Part shown: positions 17,673 through 27,224 of the stretch, piece after piece
How positions within the stretch are numbered: position 1 is the first letter of the stretch
How the letters are laid out: each line of letters starts with the position of its first letter
Assembly: GCA_044352465.1 (NCBI GenBank)
Contig: JBILDU010000029.1
Coordinates: 1 to 31,054 of the forward strand
Length of the DNA: 31,054 nucleotides
Reading direction: 5' to 3'
Origin: Bdellovibrionota bacterium
GTDB taxonomy: Bacteria > Bdellovibrionota_C > UBA2361
The notes under the pieces: model-generated
Seen by the model: the letters and a program-made list of their open reading frames with translations, nothing else
What the model was told of the DNA's origin: nothing
Databases searched by the model: none
Translations under genes and position numbers: made by a program

Positions 17673-18245
17673 TTACTTCGCTGGGGCGAGAACGATATGG
17701 ATCTGTCGGCCGTAGCCAGGCGAGCGCTCATCGACCGTGGCCACATCGGCGAGCCGCTCGATGATCTGCTTGAATTTTTCCAAGCCCAGTTCAACGTAGG
17801 CAACTTCACGGCCTTTGAAGCGCATACTGAATTTGACTTTGTCGCCTTCGGCGAGGAAGTCCCGCGCTTGCTTTAGCTTCGTCTCCAGGTCCCCCACGTC
17901 GGTGCGGTAGCGAATCCGGAGCTCCTTGATCGTGCTTTCCGAGCGTTTCTTCTTCGCCTCGGCCTCTTTCTTTTGTTCCTTATACTTGAACTTGCCGTAG
18001 TCCATGAGGCGACATACCGGAGGCTTGGCATTCGGCGAAACCTCAACGAGATCGAGCTCATCAGACTCGGCGCGTAGGAGTGCGTCCCGGATAGACATGA
18101 TGCCGAGTTGATCCCCGTTGTCGGCGATGACCCGAACTTCCTTGGCGATAATTCTGTCGTTGATGCGATGGGCGTCGGGTGGGGGGGCTTTGCGAGCGAA
18201 GCGGGGGTTACCGCGGCCGCCGCCGGAGTTAAAGAATGTATTCAA
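17673..18245 (-). CDS. infC: Translation initiation factor IF-3
   Basis: RINDRI..EVRVI, LDLVEVSPNAKPPVCRLMDYGKFKY and GDKVKFSMRFKGRE. TTG start 8 nt after AAGGAG. Confidence 0.97.
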   Translation of the reverse strand: MNTFFNSGGGRGNPRFARKAPPPDAHRINDRIIAKEVRVIADNGDQLGIMSIRDALLRAESDELDLVEVSPNAKPPVCRLMDYGKFKYKEQKKEAEAKKKRSESTIKELRIRYRTDVGDLETKLKQARDFLAEGDKVKFSMRFKGREVAYVELGLEKFKQIIERLADVATVDERSPGYGRQIHIVLAPAK

Positions 18246-18319
18246 AAAAATCGCTCCTTGAGCTGGGTGGATGTTAACGCTTCTACGCCGCGCATCGATG
18301 ATGCCGTACGGTTGTCTCT

Positions 18320-18348
18320 ATAATGGCTCTTAAACCATCGAAAATCAA
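18320..18348 (-). promoter_or_regulatory. Putative sigma70 promoter for infC
   Basis: The minus strand reads TTGATT-N17-CATTAT. Confidence 0.4.
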
Positions 18349-18435
18349 GGGGTTTGCGCATACCAACGGGGCGGAGGCGGTGCCCAGAGGTGGGAGACTT
18401 TCATTGACACCGGTCATAGCTGATTGATACCACTA

Positions 18436-18635
18436 AGCTCGTGAGTTCAAGGGAAGTCCGGTGAAATTCCGGCACGGGCCCGCCGCTGTATCGGTTGCCC
18501 CAGGGGTATACTTGGGGGGAGCGCACTCAATCCACTGTTTCCGCCCATAAGACGGCGGGGATGGGAAGGACGCGCTTTCGGGGGGGGGGAGGGAGATGCT
18601 CCCCCCGCTGCTGTAGTCAGAAGACCTACTCGCGA
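18436..18635 (+). promoter_or_regulatory. Cobalamin (B12) riboswitch
   Basis: Conserved blocks in the correct order: AAGGGAAgtCCGGTGAAATTCCGGcACGGgCCCGCCGCTGT, CCACTG, GGGAAGG and B12-box AGTCAGAAGACCT. TTGACA at 18404-18409 upstream. Lies directly 5' of a BtuB-like gene. Confidence 0.93.
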
Positions 18636-18730
18636 TTGAGAAAACCTCAAACTCCTCGCTTGCGCGGCATGAGCGGAGGGTGAACGACTACTTCCATACG
18701 GAGGGGGTGTACGCCCCCAAGTGAAAATCA

Positions 18731-20668
18731 ATGGCGAACCGCCTCTTTTGCGGTGCTGGAGTCCTATTGCCGATAGGGAGCCTGGCGCTGGTGTTGTCTT
18801 TATCGTTGGTACTATTTCCATCCTGCGCCGCAGCGCAAAGCTCGGGCGCTATCGTGGTAACGGCAACCAAAACGGGTACTCCCCTTGGGGAGACTGCGAG
18901 CTCAGTGAGTGTGGTTACCGCCGAAGAGATCGCGGCGAAGGGCCTCAAGACGGTCGCGGATGCGCTCCGTCTCGTCCCGGGAGTCGATGTGGTGAGGAGT
19001 GGTGGGAGTGGGGGTAACACCGTCGTGTTCTTGCGAGGAGCAAACTCAGAGCACACCCTCGTGCTTATCGATGGGATTGAGGCGAATAATCCCATCTCTC
19101 CGAATCGCGCCTTTAACTTCGCCGATCTTTCGACGGAGAACGTCGAACGGATCGAAATCGTTCGGGGAGCTCAATCGACGGTCTGGGGATCTGATGCGAT
19201 GGGTGGAGTTATTAACATCATCACCCAGCGGGGAGCGGGGCCGGTTGGCGGAGAGGTATCCTTTGAGGGGGGGAGCTACACGACCTTCACCGAGCGAGCA
19301 GGCGTCCGTGGAGGAACTGATATCTACGACTACTCGCTCGGTTTCTCGCGAACCGATTCAGGCGGAATTTCAGCAGCCGATGCGCGTGATGGAAACACCG
19401 AGCACGATCGTTACGGCGCATCGGCGTTCTCGCTTCGAGCGGGCGCAGCGCCGCTCGATAATTTGGACTTTGAGGGGACCTTTCGCTACGAGAGCGGACG
19501 GAGCGATATCGATAATACCGGGGGAACGGGCGGGGATGATCCCAATCGACTCGTGACGAATGAAAATTTTTATACCCGTGGGCAGGCGACCGCTCGTTTC
19601 CTCGATGGTCGACTCGAGCAGATTTGGGGAATCGGTTACTCCGACCAACGGTTCGAGGATAACAACGACCCCGATCCGGCGCATCCCCTCGATCGGCTCC
19701 GTAGCGATTACGATGGGAATCGTTTGAAGTTCGATCTGCAAAATAATCTGACGATTAACGATGCCTCGATTCTCGTCGTGGGCCTCGAGACAGAGGCGGA
19801 GCAGGGCTCCTCCGCGTTTCGGTCGACGTCGGCTTTCGGTCCGTTCGATGCTTTTTTTGCCGATCGTTCGGCGCGCACCAACGGGGCGTTTTCGCAGCTC
19901 ACCACGTCGTTAATGGAGGGGCTCTCTTCGACGTTTGGGGTTCGAATCGATGAGCACGATGAGTTCGGTAGTAAGGTAACGTGGCGGGTGGCGCCGCTCT
20001 ACACCTTCGTGACTACCGGAACAAAGGTGGCGGCAACACTCGGTACTGGCTACAAAGCCCCATCGCTTTTTCAGCTCTACTCGGAATATGGGTTCGGTGA
20101 GCTTGAGCCGGAGGAGAGTCTGAGCATTGATGCGACGATTGAGCGAGAAATCACCTCAGCGGTGACTGTCGGAGCCACATGGTATCGGAACGACTTCGAT
20201 AATCTGATCACTTTTGATCCGAACACCTTCGTGTTCGCGAATATCGCTGATGCCACCACAGCGGGGATTGAGAGCTTCGTCGCCGTCGAATGGGGCGGCG
20301 GTGTGTCGTCCCGCCTGAGTTATACTTATCTCGATAGCCGCGACGACTCGACCGGTGATCAGCTGCTGCGACGGGCGCGCCACAAAGCAGCGTTTGATGT
20401 CGCTTTTCCGGTGCGTGATCGGCTCTCTGTCTCGGTGAACGGCGTTTTCGTGGGGGTGCGCGACGATAACGACTTCTCGACGTGGCCAGCCGCGCGAACT
20501 GAACTCTCGAGTTATCTCCGCCTGAATGCGGGCCTAAACTATCGGATGAGTGAGCGGACGAAGATCTTTGCTCGAGTCGAAAATCTTCTCGACCGCGAAT
20601 ATCAGGAGGTCCTGGGCTACGGAGCGCCGGGGTCGGCAGGGTACGCCGGAATGACGGTGACATTTTGA
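18731..20668 (+). CDS. btuB: TonB-dependent outer-membrane cobalamin receptor
   Basis: Signal peptide, TonB-box-like IVVTAT, plug motifs FLRGANSEHTLVLIDG and ERIEIVRGAQSTVWGSDAMGGVINIIT, barrel ending in Phe. Controlled by the B12 riboswitch. Confidence 0.92.
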   Translation: MANRLFCGAGVLLPIGSLALVLSLSLVLFPSCAAAQSSGAIVVTATKTGTPLGETASSVSVVTAEEIAAKGLKTVADALRLVPGVDVVRSGGSGGNTVVFLRGANSEHTLVLIDGIEANNPISPNRAFNFADLSTENVERIEIVRGAQSTVWGSDAMGGVINIITQRGAGPVGGEVSFEGGSYTTFTERAGVRGGTDIYDYSLGFSRTDSGGISAADARDGNTEHDRYGASAFSLRAGAAPLDNLDFEGTFRYESGRSDIDNTGGTGGDDPNRLVTNENFYTRGQATARFLDGRLEQIWGIGYSDQRFEDNNDPDPAHPLDRLRSDYDGNRLKFDLQNNLTINDASILVVGLETEAEQGSSAFRSTSAFGPFDAFFADRSARTNGAFSQLTTSLMEGLSSTFGVRIDEHDEFGSKVTWRVAPLYTFVTTGTKVAATLGTGYKAPSLFQLYSEYGFGELEPEESLSIDATIEREITSAVTVGATWYRNDFDNLITFDPNTFVFANIADATTAGIESFVAVEWGGGVSSRLSYTYLDSRDDSTGDQLLRRARHKAAFDVAFPVRDRLSVSVNGVFVGVRDDNDFSTWPAARTELSSYLRLNAGLNYRMSERTKIFARVENLLDREYQEVLGYGAPGSAGYAGMTVTF

Positions 20669-21597
20669 TGTTGCGAGGGTGTTTGTCGTGGTGCGGTGTT
20701 ATTCTTCTCCTCTTTCATAGGGGGGGAGTTCCCGCGCTCGCGACCGATACTCCCCCAAGCGTTCTCTCCCCTCCGAGTGTCGCTCCGTGTGCCCGGATCG
20801 TGTCGCTTGCACCGAGCGTTACCGAAGTTATTTTTGAGCTCGGATTGGGGGATGCGCTGGTCGGTGTCAGTCGTTACGACCGCTTTCCCACCAAGGTTCA
20901 GTCCCTTCCCCGAGTAGGGGGGCTCTACGACCCACATATTGAGGCGATTGTCGCTCTACGACCGAGCCTCGTGGTTGCGCTCGTCGAATTCGGTGATCGT
21001 ATCGACTACGTTCGAAGCCTGGGGCTCGAGGTGCAGGTGATCGATCATCGCTCGGTTCAAGGTATCCTTGAATCGCTCCGAACCCTCGGCCAGCGATGCG
21101 GAGTTGCGGGGAGAGCCAATGAGCTTGAGGCGCATCTCAAGAAGCGGATCGAGGTGGTGCGCAGTCGGGTCGGTGCGTCTCCACCGGTGAGAACCCTCGT
21201 CGTAGTGGGGGGCGGGAGTGACGGTGACTCCCTCACCAGCGTCTTCGTCTCGGGGCGTGATGGATTCTACGATGAGATCCTGGCTCTCGCCGGCGGAGAA
21301 AACGTGGTGACGGGCAACACCGTCAGTGTACCGACCGTATCGGCGGAGGGGCTTCTAGCGCTCGATCCAGAGGTGATCATTCAGGTTCGTAACGAAGCGG
21401 AGAGTCGCGGGGTGTCGGCGGAGGCTCTTCGGCGCGCGTGGGATAATCTGTCGTTACTTCGTGCGGTCAAGCATCGGCGTGTCTACGTCCTCAGCGACGA
21501 CTACATGACGGTGCCCGGTCCTCGATTTGTAGAGGCTCTTGAGCGTTTTGCGGAGATATTGAGCAATGCTCAACCTGGAGGAGAAACGCATGGTTGA
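20665..21597 (+). CDS. btuF: Periplasmic cobalamin/siderophore-binding protein (BtuF-like)
   Basis: RIVSLAPSVTEVIFELG, PHIEAIVALRPSLV, SAEGLLALDPEVII and PGPRFVEALE. The start may be ATG 20668. Confidence 0.88.
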   Translation: MMLRGCLSWCGVILLLFHRGGVPALATDTPPSVLSPPSVAPCARIVSLAPSVTEVIFELGLGDALVGVSRYDRFPTKVQSLPRVGGLYDPHIEAIVALRPSLVVALVEFGDRIDYVRSLGLEVQVIDHRSVQGILESLRTLGQRCGVAGRANELEAHLKKRIEVVRSRVGASPPVRTLVVVGGGSDGDSLTSVFVSGRDGFYDEILALAGGENVVTGNTVSVPTVSAEGLLALDPEVIIQVRNEAESRGVSAEALRRAWDNLSLLRAVKHRRVYVLSDDYMTVPGPRFVEALERFAEILSNAQPGGETHG

Positions 21598-22369
21598 GCG
21601 CCTCGGTGAGGTAGTTTTAGCGCTCGAGGATGTTGCGGTCATGCGGGAGGAACGAGGCATCTTGCGGGCCGTTTCGTTCGATTGTCGCGTGGGCGAGATG
21701 TTGGTGCTTGTCGGTGCAAATGGAGCGGGCAAGACCACCCTTTTGCGGTCGATACTCGGTCTCACGCAGAAGAGTGGTGTCGTGCGAATCGGCGGTGTCG
21801 CATGTGCGACGGTATCTCGCCGTGAATACGCGCGGCAGCTCGCCTACCTCCCCCAACATGTTGACATCCCAACCGAGCTGACCGCGGGGGAGTTTATCGA
21901 GATGGGCCGGCACCCGTGGCGGCGTCACTTTGCTCGCTTGAATGAATGTGATCGGAGGGCGATCGCGCGAGCTATTGAGCAGACGCAAACGGCATCGTTT
22001 CTGAACCAAGCGCTCGAGACCTTGAGTGGGGGGGAACGGCAACGGGTATATCTGGCCGCGGCGCTCGCTCAAGAAGCGAGGATCTTGCTTCTGGATGAAC
22101 CGACGACCGGACTCGATCCGGTGCAGGGTGCCGAGGTGTGGCGACTGCTCGCCACTTTATGTCGAGCCAACGAGTTGACGGTGGTTGTGGCGACTCACGA
22201 TATCGAAGCGGTGCGGCCGTTCGCCGATCGCTTTCTGGCACTCCGGCGGGGCGAGGTGTTTTTTGATGGGCCGCCCCTGCAGTTCTTTGCGGGTTCGGTG
22301 CGCGAGATGACCTATCGTATGGCGGGGGATGCGCCGCTGTGTGGTCCTGTTGGAGCTCCGCGCGTATGA
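21590..22369 (+). CDS. btuD: ABC transporter ATP-binding subunit (BtuD/FepC-like)
   Basis: GANGAGKT, signature LSGGERQR, LLLDEP and H-loop ATHD. ATG 21590 follows a GGAGGAG RBS. The symbol is from operon context. Confidence 0.88.
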   Translation: MVERLGEVVLALEDVAVMREERGILRAVSFDCRVGEMLVLVGANGAGKTTLLRSILGLTQKSGVVRIGGVACATVSRREYARQLAYLPQHVDIPTELTAGEFIEMGRHPWRRHFARLNECDRRAIARAIEQTQTASFLNQALETLSGGERQRVYLAAALAQEARILLLDEPTTGLDPVQGAEVWRLLATLCRANELTVVVATHDIEAVRPFADRFLALRRGEVFFDGPPLQFFAGSVREMTYRMAGDAPLCGPVGAPRV

Positions 22370-23385
22370 GACCGACCGGTGGACGAGAGGCGTTGCGGAG
22401 TGGGGCATTGCCCTGGCTCCTGGGCATTTTCGCATTCATCGCGGTGGTGTTTGCTCCGTTCATCGGGGCTGTGCCTATCCCCTTCGGCTCTTTTCTTGGG
22501 GGGACTCTCGAGGTGACCGCTGCGCAGGTATTATGGGAGATTCGAGTGCCCCGAGTCTGTATTGCCTTCATCACCGGGGGCGCGCTCGCTCTGGGAGGCT
22601 TTGTCTTTCAGACACTCTTTCGAAATGTGCTCGCGACCCCCTATACCCTCGGTGTCTCGAGTGGGGCCGCGCTCGGTGCCGCGGTCTATTTTCAGATGGG
22701 GGTGGTGTTCTCGGTGGGGGGGGTCTCGGGGAGTGCGGTCGCGGCGCTGGGTGGGGCGTTGCTGATAGTCGTCGCGATTGATCGAATCGCCGCTCGCCAC
22801 GTGACAACGACAACGTTGTTACTCGCTGGAGTGGTGCTCACCCTTTTTTCGGGGAGCGCTATCGCACTCCTTGAATATATGAGTGGGCCGAGCGGGGTAT
22901 TTCAACTCTCGCGGTGGCTGATGGGAGGACTCGATAGTATCTCCGTGGGGTCGGTGCTGCCGCTACTCCCGCTGGTGGCGGTGGGGATGGGAATCGCGGT
23001 GTTCAAGTCAGCTGACCTGAATCTGTTGGCACTCGGTGACGAGCTCGCCATGAGCCGGGGGGTTGATGCGCCGCGCGTTCGGCGAGGACTTCTGGTGGGT
23101 GTTTCAATTATGATCGGGGCGGTGGTATCGTTCGCTGGGCCGATCGGATTTGTCGGGATGCTCGTTCCTCAAACCCTTCGGATGCTCATCGGAGGAGATA
23201 GTCGGCGGCTGGTGCCAGCGACGGCGCTCGGTGGCGGCGTATTCTTAGTTGTCTGCGATACGGTGGCGCGTACCCTCGTCGCCCCTCTCGAGATACCGGT
23301 AGGGATCGTGACCGCGCTCATCGGCGGGCCATACTTTCTCTATCTCCTCCTCCGTTCGACCGCGCCCGTGTCGGCGCGTGAATAG
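22366..23385 (+). CDS. btuC: ABC transporter permease, FecCD/BtuC family
   Basis: IRVPRV, QTLFRNVLATPYTLGVSSGA, GPIGFVG and EIPVGIVTALIGGPYFLYLL. ATGA overlap with the ATPase. The symbol is from operon context. Confidence 0.9.
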   Translation: MRPTGGREALRSGALPWLLGIFAFIAVVFAPFIGAVPIPFGSFLGGTLEVTAAQVLWEIRVPRVCIAFITGGALALGGFVFQTLFRNVLATPYTLGVSSGAALGAAVYFQMGVVFSVGGVSGSAVAALGGALLIVVAIDRIAARHVTTTTLLLAGVVLTLFSGSAIALLEYMSGPSGVFQLSRWLMGGLDSISVGSVLPLLPLVAVGMGIAVFKSADLNLLALGDELAMSRGVDAPRVRRGLLVGVSIMIGAVVSFAGPIGFVGMLVPQTLRMLIGGDSRRLVPATALGGGVFLVVCDTVARTLVAPLEIPVGIVTALIGGPYFLYLLLRSTAPVSARE

Positions 23386-23391
23386 GTACCG

Positions 23392-24795
23392 TTAGCTGCG
23401 TTTGACCTTGGTTCCGCTCGGCGAGTCCTCGACGGCGAGGCCGTGTTGTTGGAGAGCGCTCCGTAAGCGGTCAGATTCGGCCCAATTTTTCTCGCGACGG
23501 GCGGTGTCACGTGCGTCGATCAGGGCTTGTACCTCAGCCGGGATGGCGAGCGAAGTCTCGCGCCAAGTCGCCATGTCGAAGCCAAGAATCGAATCCATCT
23601 CGTAAAGGAGCCACAACTTTTCCCCCGCCGAAAGAGCCGCGTCGTTAAGAGCCCCCCATACCGACGCGAAGCCCTTGGGGGCGTTGAGGTCGTCGAAGAG
23701 CGCCGCCTCGAAATCGTTCAGGTAGGTTGCCTCGGCGGGGCGACGGGGCGGTTCAGCTACCTCTTTGAGCTGGAGTACCGCACTCCGCAACTTTTGGAGG
23801 CCATGAGCTGCATTGCGTAAAGTCTCGTCGGTAAAGTTCAGTTGAGAGCGGTAGTGGGCTGTGAGACACATAAAGCGGTACGTGAGTGGATCGAGACCCT
23901 GCTCGAGGAGGGTATCCAAGGTAAGAAATCCCCCCTTCGATTTGGACATTTTCTCCTTATTCACCACGAGAAATTCGCCGTGCATCCAGGTGTGAACCCA
24001 GTCGGCACCGGTGGCTCCCTCCGATTGGGCGATCTCGTTCGTGTGGTGGACCGGGATATGGTCGATACCTCCGCAGTGAATATCGAAGCGATCTCCAAGG
24101 TATTTCATACTCATCGCGCTACACTCGATATGCCACCCCGGATAACCCCGTCCCCATGGAGAGTCCCATTGAAGCTCCTGATTCTCGAACTTCGATTTCG
24201 TAAACCAGAGAACGAAGTCGAGCGGATTTCGTTTGTTGGTGTCGACATCAACGCGGGCGCGGGCTTTCAGGTTTTCGATGTCGAGCTTCGCGAGCTTGCC
24301 GTAATCGGCCAGCTCTGAGACGTCAAAATAGACGTTTCCCCCGGCAACGTAGGTCATCCCGCGCGCTTCAAGTCGTTGAATAAGCGCTATCATCTCCGGG
24401 ATGTGTTCGGTAGCTTTACAAACAGTGGTCGGGCGAACGATGTGGAGCTTGGCGCAATCGGCGAAGAAAACCTCGGTATAGTAGGCCGCGATCTCCGCGG
24501 AGCTCTTCTTTTCTCGGCGGGCCGCAACCGCCATCTTATCTTCCCCTTCGTCCGCGTCCGACACCAGGTGTCCTACATCGGTGATATTCATGACGTGTTG
24601 AACCGCATAGCCGGCGCGGCGGAGGGTGCGCACGAGGAGATCCTCGAAGATGTAGGTGCGCATGTTGCCGATATGCTGGAAGTTATAAACGGTTGGGCCG
24701 CAGCAATAGAGCGATATCGAGTCGGGAACGAGGGGACGAAGGGGCTCAACCGCACGCGTCAGGGTATTAAAGAGGCTGATCGATCGTGTCGTCAT
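23392..24795 (-). CDS. cysS: Cysteinyl-tRNA synthetase
   Basis: CGPTVY, HIGN, NITDVGH, SPWGRGYPGWHIECSAMS, HHTNEIAQS and KMSKS. Confidence 0.98.
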   Translation of the reverse strand: MTTRSISLFNTLTRAVEPLRPLVPDSISLYCCGPTVYNFQHIGNMRTYIFEDLLVRTLRRAGYAVQHVMNITDVGHLVSDADEGEDKMAVAARREKKSSAEIAAYYTEVFFADCAKLHIVRPTTVCKATEHIPEMIALIQRLEARGMTYVAGGNVYFDVSELADYGKLAKLDIENLKARARVDVDTNKRNPLDFVLWFTKSKFENQELQWDSPWGRGYPGWHIECSAMSMKYLGDRFDIHCGGIDHIPVHHTNEIAQSEGATGADWVHTWMHGEFLVVNKEKMSKSKGGFLTLDTLLEQGLDPLTYRFMCLTAHYRSQLNFTDETLRNAAHGLQKLRSAVLQLKEVAEPPRRPAEATYLNDFEAALFDDLNAPKGFASVWGALNDAALSAGEKLWLLYEMDSILGFDMATWRETSLAIPAEVQALIDARDTARREKNWAESDRLRSALQQHGLAVEDSPSGTKVKRS

Positions 24796-24934
24796 CGTTT
24801 GTCACATCCTCAAAAGGAGAAACGTTCGGTGGTCTCGACGGCGAGCCACGCGCCAGCGGCGCTTGGAGCGGCGTTGCGTTGATCACCTTTCAGCGGATCT
24901 ACCGCCACCTGAACGGAAGCGCCGAAAGGGTTCT

Positions 24935-25342
24935 CTAATTTCCCCACGTTTCGCTCTCGTCTGTTCCGCTGTAGCTCTGTGCGCCCGAGTCACCGTCAGA
25001 ATCGAATTCGCCGTCATGATTGAATCCAAGGTGCTGGGTGCCAGCTGAACCGGTACCGCTGCGGAAGTTTTCAAGCTCGGCGCACACAGTGCTCCGAGGA
25101 CCTAGTTTGTCGCACATCTCCTCCAAGAATTCCAGGCGAGCGGCGTGGGTGGTCGTTGAGGTTTCCGCCCGGCCCTGTGTCGTGCCCTTCGTCGCAGTGT
25201 CGCCATACACCGGCACCCTCGGTCCGTTTGAGCCGAAGATGTCACTGGCCGAATTTTTTTCGAATTGTTGGGCGTTTCCAAGGGCGGCACCAGACAGGAA
25301 GGCAACGGTAAGCACCGCAACGGTCCACGAAACTGTCTTCAT
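24935..25342 (-). CDS. Secreted hypothetical protein
   Basis: Signal peptide MKTVSWTVAVLTVAFLSGAALGNA, GAGGA RBS, one Cys pair and an acidic low-complexity tail. Confidence 0.7.
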   Translation of the reverse strand: MKTVSWTVAVLTVAFLSGAALGNAQQFEKNSASDIFGSNGPRVPVYGDTATKGTTQGRAETSTTTHAARLEFLEEMCDKLGPRSTVCAELENFRSGTGSAGTQHLGFNHDGEFDSDGDSGAQSYSGTDESETWGN

Positions 25343-25361
25343 CGGGCTTCCTCAAAAATAA

Positions 25362-25390
25362 ACATCGGTATTACTCGGGGCAGCTTTTAG
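25362..25390 (-). promoter_or_regulatory. Sigma28-like promoter
   Basis: The minus strand reads CTAAAAG-N14-ACCGATGT, ending 20 nt upstream of the 25342 start codon. Confidence 0.45.
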
Positions 25391-25770
25391 CGACTCGGGC
25401 AACGCCGCACCTACCCTGATTATGCGAGAACCGAGGGGAAATGACACGTCTTTCCGGGGGGGGCGTTGGGGGCCCCTTTGACTCTGGAGCGGTCGATAAA
25501 TAGGCGGGTCGGAGCTGCTGCTAAAGTCGAATGTGCGGCCGAGTAAGGGGAGGTCCGTAAGGTAGGTGGCGAATGCGAACCGCTGCATCGTGTCAGCTCT
25601 GCTTCCGAAGATCTCCTCGTGGCAGGGCCTCCGTGTTGTTTCGGGAGGTTGCGCTTTGCCGGCCTCGGAAGCTTAGCATTTGTCCCGGTCTTCCGGAGGT
25701 GTGAAGAACGTTTTTCACCCCCCTCCCCAAGATGATGTATTCCCCCTAAGCAACGTGATAATCTCGACGC

Positions 25771-26640
25771 ATGTCGTGTGCTGACGTGAACAGAGCGGAC
25801 CGTCCGATCGGACTTTTCGATAGCGGCCTCGGGGGGCTCACCGTGTTGCGGGAACTCGAGCGGCTTATGCCCGCTGAGCGGTTCGTTTACCTCGGTGACA
25901 CGGCCCGTTTGCCGTACGGCACGAAAGGTGTGGCAACGATTACCCGCTACTCCAGCGAGTGCGCCGATTTTCTTTTGAAGCATCATGTCAAAGCCCTCGT
26001 CGTCGCGTGCAACACCGCTTCATCGGTGGCCCTCCCGACCCTGCGCGCTAACCTCCCGTGCGACGTCATCGGGACGATCGATCCGGCGGTCTCGTGCGCA
26101 GTCGCCGCCACGAAGCGGGGTGGGATCGGAATTGTCGGCACCGATGCAACGATTGGGAGTGGGGCTTATGAGCGCGCAATTCAGTCGGTCGCCCCCGCCG
26201 TCGAGGTCGTTTCAGTGGCGTGCCCCCTCTTTGTCCCTCTTGTTGAGCAAGGGATGTTTGATGGTGAGATCGTCGAGAAGGTCGTTGAGCTATATCTCTC
26301 GCGATTCGATCTCGCGCGAATCGATACGCTCATCCTTGGGTGTACCCACTACCCCCTATTAAAAGGGGCTATCCAGAGATATGTCGGTTCAGCCGTCACG
26401 TTGATCGATTCGGGATACCCCATCGCTTTGGAGCTCGGTCGAATGCTTGAGGAGCGGGACCTACGTGCTTCAGCGCATGGCGAGCGGGGCGGGTCCACTT
26501 TTTTTGTGACCGACGAAGTCAGTCGTTTTAACCGCTTGGCGGCGCTTCTGTTGGCGAAGGAGAGCGTCAGCGCGATTCAAACCGCAGACCTGAGCGCCGA
26601 AGGTCCTCCAGTACCCCGACAAGACAGTCTTTTCATTTGA
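25771..26640 (+). CDS. murI: Glutamate racemase
   Basis: FDSGLGGLTV, GDTARLPYG, VVACNTAS and LGCTHYP (both catalytic Cys present). Confidence 0.97.
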   Translation: MSCADVNRADRPIGLFDSGLGGLTVLRELERLMPAERFVYLGDTARLPYGTKGVATITRYSSECADFLLKHHVKALVVACNTASSVALPTLRANLPCDVIGTIDPAVSCAVAATKRGGIGIVGTDATIGSGAYERAIQSVAPAVEVVSVACPLFVPLVEQGMFDGEIVEKVVELYLSRFDLARIDTLILGCTHYPLLKGAIQRYVGSAVTLIDSGYPIALELGRMLEERDLRASAHGERGGSTFFVTDEVSRFNRLAALLLAKESVSAIQTADLSAEGPPVPRQDSLFI

Positions 26641-26861
26641 GAGCTGCTGCGGCGGGCGGCCGAGCTGAGAACGGCCGTTCAGAAGAAACACTGCAGTAAC
26701 TCTTTTCATCGAGAGATGCGAGCGCAACTGAAGGAAGTCGCCTTTGGTGACTCTTTCGTCGAAACCTATTAAGTCTCGGGGCATCGAAACGAAGAGGGGC
26801 GAATACTTATCGATAATCCGATGAGGATAGAAACCTAAACCGCCCATTATTCTGAGGTGCT

Positions 26862-27164
26862 ATGGCGGAGAACCGGTGTCGTTTCTGTGTCGGCGAATTC
26901 TTAAAAGGGGGCGAGACGTGCTCCCATTGCGGTGAAACCCTGGAGAGTCCGATCGGCGCCCACGATCCCCGCCGAGCCCGCTCGGCGGGGGAGGTATTCT
27001 CATCCCCAACGGAGATATTAAACCGCGATAGCGGTGAGAAGGATGATAACGAAATCGAGAATATTCTCTTCGACTGGAAGAATCCGGTGGTTCTCAATAT
27101 TGTCGGGAGTCTCGTTTGCACGATGCTTCTCATCGCCACCCTGCTTGAGTTCGTCGGCCGGTAG
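26862..27164 (+). CDS. Small zinc-ribbon protein with a C-terminal membrane anchor
   Basis: CRFC-x10-CSHC at the N-terminus, hydrophobic C-terminal helix and a GAGGTG RBS. Confidence 0.65.
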   Translation: MAENRCRFCVGEFLKGGETCSHCGETLESPIGAHDPRRARSAGEVFSSPTEILNRDSGEKDDNEIENILFDWKNPVVLNIVGSLVCTMLLIATLLEFVGR

Positions 27165-27224
27165 ATCCGTTGGGGAACGCCCCGCGTGCCGGTTGGCCTG
27201 ATTGCGGGTCAGCCTCAATGCAGG

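Noticed and set aside
18707..18724. Five-codon uORF (GTG TAC GCC CCC AAG TGA) in frame with btuB
   Set aside because: Only 2 nt separate GGAGG from the GTG, which is too short for efficient initiation. Likely chance.
26638..26772. murI TGA followed by a hairpin (GGGCGGCCG/CGGCCGTTC) and 43 more open codons, suggesting selenocysteine or SECIS
   Set aside because: The UGA is in a non-conserved tail after the complete racemase domain, not at a catalytic Cys. The hairpin is better explained as a 3' end structure.
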